A stretch of DNA of 46,578 nucleotides from IMG/VR virus record IMGVR_UViG_3300022670_000061, positions 1 to 46,578 of that record; one strand, written 5' to 3'. Source of the stretch: a virus (Duplodnaviria > Caudoviricetes). Shown one piece after another: positions 44,574 through 46,578 of this stretch. The translations under genes were made by a program, and so were the position numbers. Within the stretch, counting starts at the first letter, position 1, and every line of letters starts with the position of its first letter. The notes beneath the pieces are model-generated. The model was not told where the DNA came from. It saw only the letters and a list, made by a program, of their open reading frames with translations, and made no database searches.

Positions 44574-45303
44574 GGCTCCTAAGTCTGTTGAAGTTAGATA
44601 TCGTCGGCAATTAGATAACTTGGTCACGATGTTAACTAGGGACATTCGGACTACTATCCTACCTATTCTAAGGGGGTCTGAGCACGAGTATGTTAATGAT
44701 GCCTATGCCACAACCTTGTCTGAAGCGTTTGATAATCTCAGGAGGTTCTACCGAAGCCTTGATAACAACGCTAAGATAGTAGCTAATTCATTTGTGTCAG
44801 CTACTAATCAAGTTAATAAGGATAGATTCTATGCCGCGATGGAAGAAGCAGTGGGGGTTAATCTTTCATCTGTAATCCAAAATGAGGGCTTGGAAGATAT
44901 ACTTGTAGCATTCACGACTGAAAATGTTTCTCTTATAAGATCCATACCTGAGGAGTATTTTAAAAAGGTAGAGTCCATCGTGTTTACTGGCACGACTCAA
45001 GGTAGTACAGCGGGCAGTATGATCAAACAGCTTCAGGAGTTAGGGGTTTCTACTTTTAAACGAGCCAAGCTTATCGCTCGTGATCAGAGTTCTAAAATAA
45101 ATTCGGCGATAAATCAACAACGTCAACAGAATCTAGGAGTTGAAGAATACGTATGGAGGACAGCGGGTGATGAAAGGGTTAGACCAAATCATGATTCTAA
45201 AAACGGTAAGACTTTCAGGTGGGATGATCCCCCAAAAGATACAGGGCATCCTGGAACAGATATACAATGTAGATGTGTGGCACAGCCGATTATTAATATT
45301 TAA
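44485..45303 (+). CDS. Minor head protein (MuF / SPP1 gp7 family)
   Basis: RAKLIARDQ, YVWRTAGDERVRPNH and HPGTDIQCRCVA motifs. Confidence 0.92.
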   Translation: MPLNPLVTTLIPESRKKRLKKTQKRGKIVKAPKSVEVRYRRQLDNLVTMLTRDIRTTILPILRGSEHEYVNDAYATTLSEAFDNLRRFYRSLDNNAKIVANSFVSATNQVNKDRFYAAMEEAVGVNLSSVIQNEGLEDILVAFTTENVSLIRSIPEEYFKKVESIVFTGTTQGSTAGSMIKQLQELGVSTFKRAKLIARDQSSKINSAINQQRQQNLGVEEYVWRTAGDERVRPNHDSKNGKTFRWDDPPKDTGHPGTDIQCRCVAQPIINI

Positions 45304-45308
45304 ATCCG

Positions 45309-45337
45309 TTGTGCGTAGGTAGTAAATATACTAAACT
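45309..45337 (+). promoter_or_regulatory. Possible sigma70-like promoter for the fibre cassette
   Basis: TTGTGC-17-TAAACT. Confidence 0.4.
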
Positions 45338-45364
45338 GATTATGAAATTTAGAAAGGAACTAAA

Positions 45365-45766
45365 ATGGCTTTAGAAGTAGACACAGCATTAATAAATACT
45401 AGACTTGATGCAATTAAAGACGCAGTTGATGCAGGAGCGGGCGCTGGTACACTCAAAATTTATGACGGAACTAGACCTGCCAAAGGCGGAACAGTTACTA
45501 CTCTTCTCGCAACGTTGACATTCACTGACCCTTCATTTCCAGCCGCTTCAGCCGGAGTTCTTACTGCAAGTGCAATTGCTCAGGATGCTTCTGCTGATGC
45601 CACAGGAACAGCAACTTGGTTTCGTGTTGAGGATAGTGTGGGTGGTTTTGTTATGGATGGTGACGTAGGTACTTCGGGTTCTGATCTTAACCTTAACACA
45701 GTCGCTATCGTAATTGCTCAACCTGTTAGTGTAACCTCATTCGTTATCACAGGGGCTAATCTCTAA
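45365..45766 (+). CDS. Virion structural protein typical of fibre cassettes
   Basis: NTRLDAI..LKIYDGTRPA..ADATGTATWFR..MDGDVGTSGSDLNL; Ala/Thr/Gly-rich. Confidence 0.75.
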   Translation: MALEVDTALINTRLDAIKDAVDAGAGAGTLKIYDGTRPAKGGTVTTLLATLTFTDPSFPAASAGVLTASAIAQDASADATGTATWFRVEDSVGGFVMDGDVGTSGSDLNLNTVAIVIAQPVSVTSFVITGANL

Positions 45767-45798
45767 TAGTTTAGTACTTTTGTGAAGGGTGCTAACTA

Positions 45799-46578
45799 AT
45801 GGCTCAATCTGTTGTCAATGTAGGTTCAGCGGGTAATCGCGGGACATCCATAACCGTTGCTCTAGGGGCGACCGCGACCAGCGGTAATATATTGGTCGCG
45901 GCTATTATGCGTCGTAATAATGCGGCGACGCCAAATACTCCAACAGGTTATGCAATAGCCCACTCGTTTACAACTAGCGGACGAGTAGTTGACTTCTTCA
46001 CTAAAGTATCAGACGGTACTGAGACTGATGTTGTCATAACATCCAGCAACGCGATACAACAGTGTGCATGGCTGCTTGAACTTAGCGGAACAAGTACTAC
46101 GATAAATACGACTGAAGATGTGGCACTTAATACGTCTTCTACTGCTGTTGTATTTTCTGGCTCTCTAACTGACGTCGCTAATGTCGTGGCTATTGCTCTC
46201 GGAGGCTTGGAAGATGATGACTTTAGCGGTGATAGTTGGTCTAATTCGTTTATAAAGCAGGGGGCGTTTGAAGTTGCGACGGGTGGCGGAGCTGATATGT
46301 CTGCTGGACTTTCAACTCGTATATTGACGGCGACAGGAACAGTTGGCACGACATTGTCTACAAGTTCAGGCGGTGCTGATGATACTTGGGGGGCAATGAT
46401 TTATATAGAAGAAGCAGCGGCGGGAGAACCTGTTACAGGAACTCTGGCTGAGACTTTAGATGATATTACTTTAGCTGCTTCAGGTAATGTTGGGGAACCT
46501 GTTACAGGAACTTTGGCTGAAACATTAGACGATATCACTTTAGCTGCTTCAGGTAATGTTGGGGAACCTGTTACCGGA
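45799..46578 (+). CDS. 5' part of repeat-containing virion fibre-like protein (continues at base 32)
   Basis: ATG 45799, 260 codons with no stop: MAQSVVNVGSAGNRGTSITVALGATATSGNILVAA...; missed by the ORF track because it crosses the end. Confidence 0.85.
   Translation, partial: MAQSVVNVGSAGNRGTSITVALGATATSGNILVAAIMRRNNAATPNTPTGYAIAHSFTTSGRVVDFFTKVSDGTETDVVITSSNAIQQCAWLLELSGTSTTINTTEDVALNTSSTAVVFSGSLTDVANVVAIALGGLEDDDFSGDSWSNSFIKQGAFEVATGGGADMSAGLSTRILTATGTVGTTLSTSSGGADDTWGAMIYIEEAAAGEPVTGTLAETLDDITLAASGNVGEPVTGTLAETLDDITLAASGNVGEPVTG
46423..46578 (+). repeat. 69-bp tandem repeats, copies 1-2 and start of copy 3
   Basis: Units start at 46423, 46492 and 46561. Confidence 0.95.

Noticed and set aside
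46548-46578. 31-bp identity with the start as a biological terminal repeat
   Set aside because: The length matches a typical assembler k-mer overlap and it falls mid-gene inside a repeat array.

Overview
The window is an essentially complete, circularly permuted dsDNA tailed-phage genome. Bases 1-31 are identical to 46548-46578, giving a unit length of about 46,547 bp, and the break falls inside a 69-bp tandem repeat. The sequence is AT-rich. I see no integrase, tRNA, CRISPR array or reverse transcriptase, so the phage is probably lytic; the lipoprotein and amidase suggest a Gram-negative host. The + strand late module (about 40.0 kb to the end, then 1-18.1 kb) encodes a small contractile-tailed myovirus: TerS, a split TerL, DUF1073 portal, MuF, a repeat-fibre cassette, DUF2213 protease/scaffold, DUF2184 capsid, DUF3383 sheath, DUF3277 tube, frameshifted tail chaperone, tape measure, baseplate, tail fibre with autocleaving chaperone, and an amidase/holin/lipoprotein cassette. 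The - strand module (18.1-30.8 kb) encodes an SNF2 helicase, VRR-NUC, a family-B-like polymerase, SSB, a Cas4-like exonuclease and a compact base-modification cluster. That cluster (DUF3310, HD hydrolase, dUMP-hydroxymethylase-like enzyme, aGPT-Pplase1-like helical protein, TAGT/GREB1-like glycosyltransferase) has no recognisable P-loop hmdU kinase, which points to glycosylated-hmU (base J-like) DNA. The + strand at 31-40 kb carries a Cro-like regulator, a primase-helicase, a palindromic origin candidate followed by a stand-alone copy of the helicase C-terminal domain, and many small early genes. All family assignments come from recognising motifs by eye, not from database searches.
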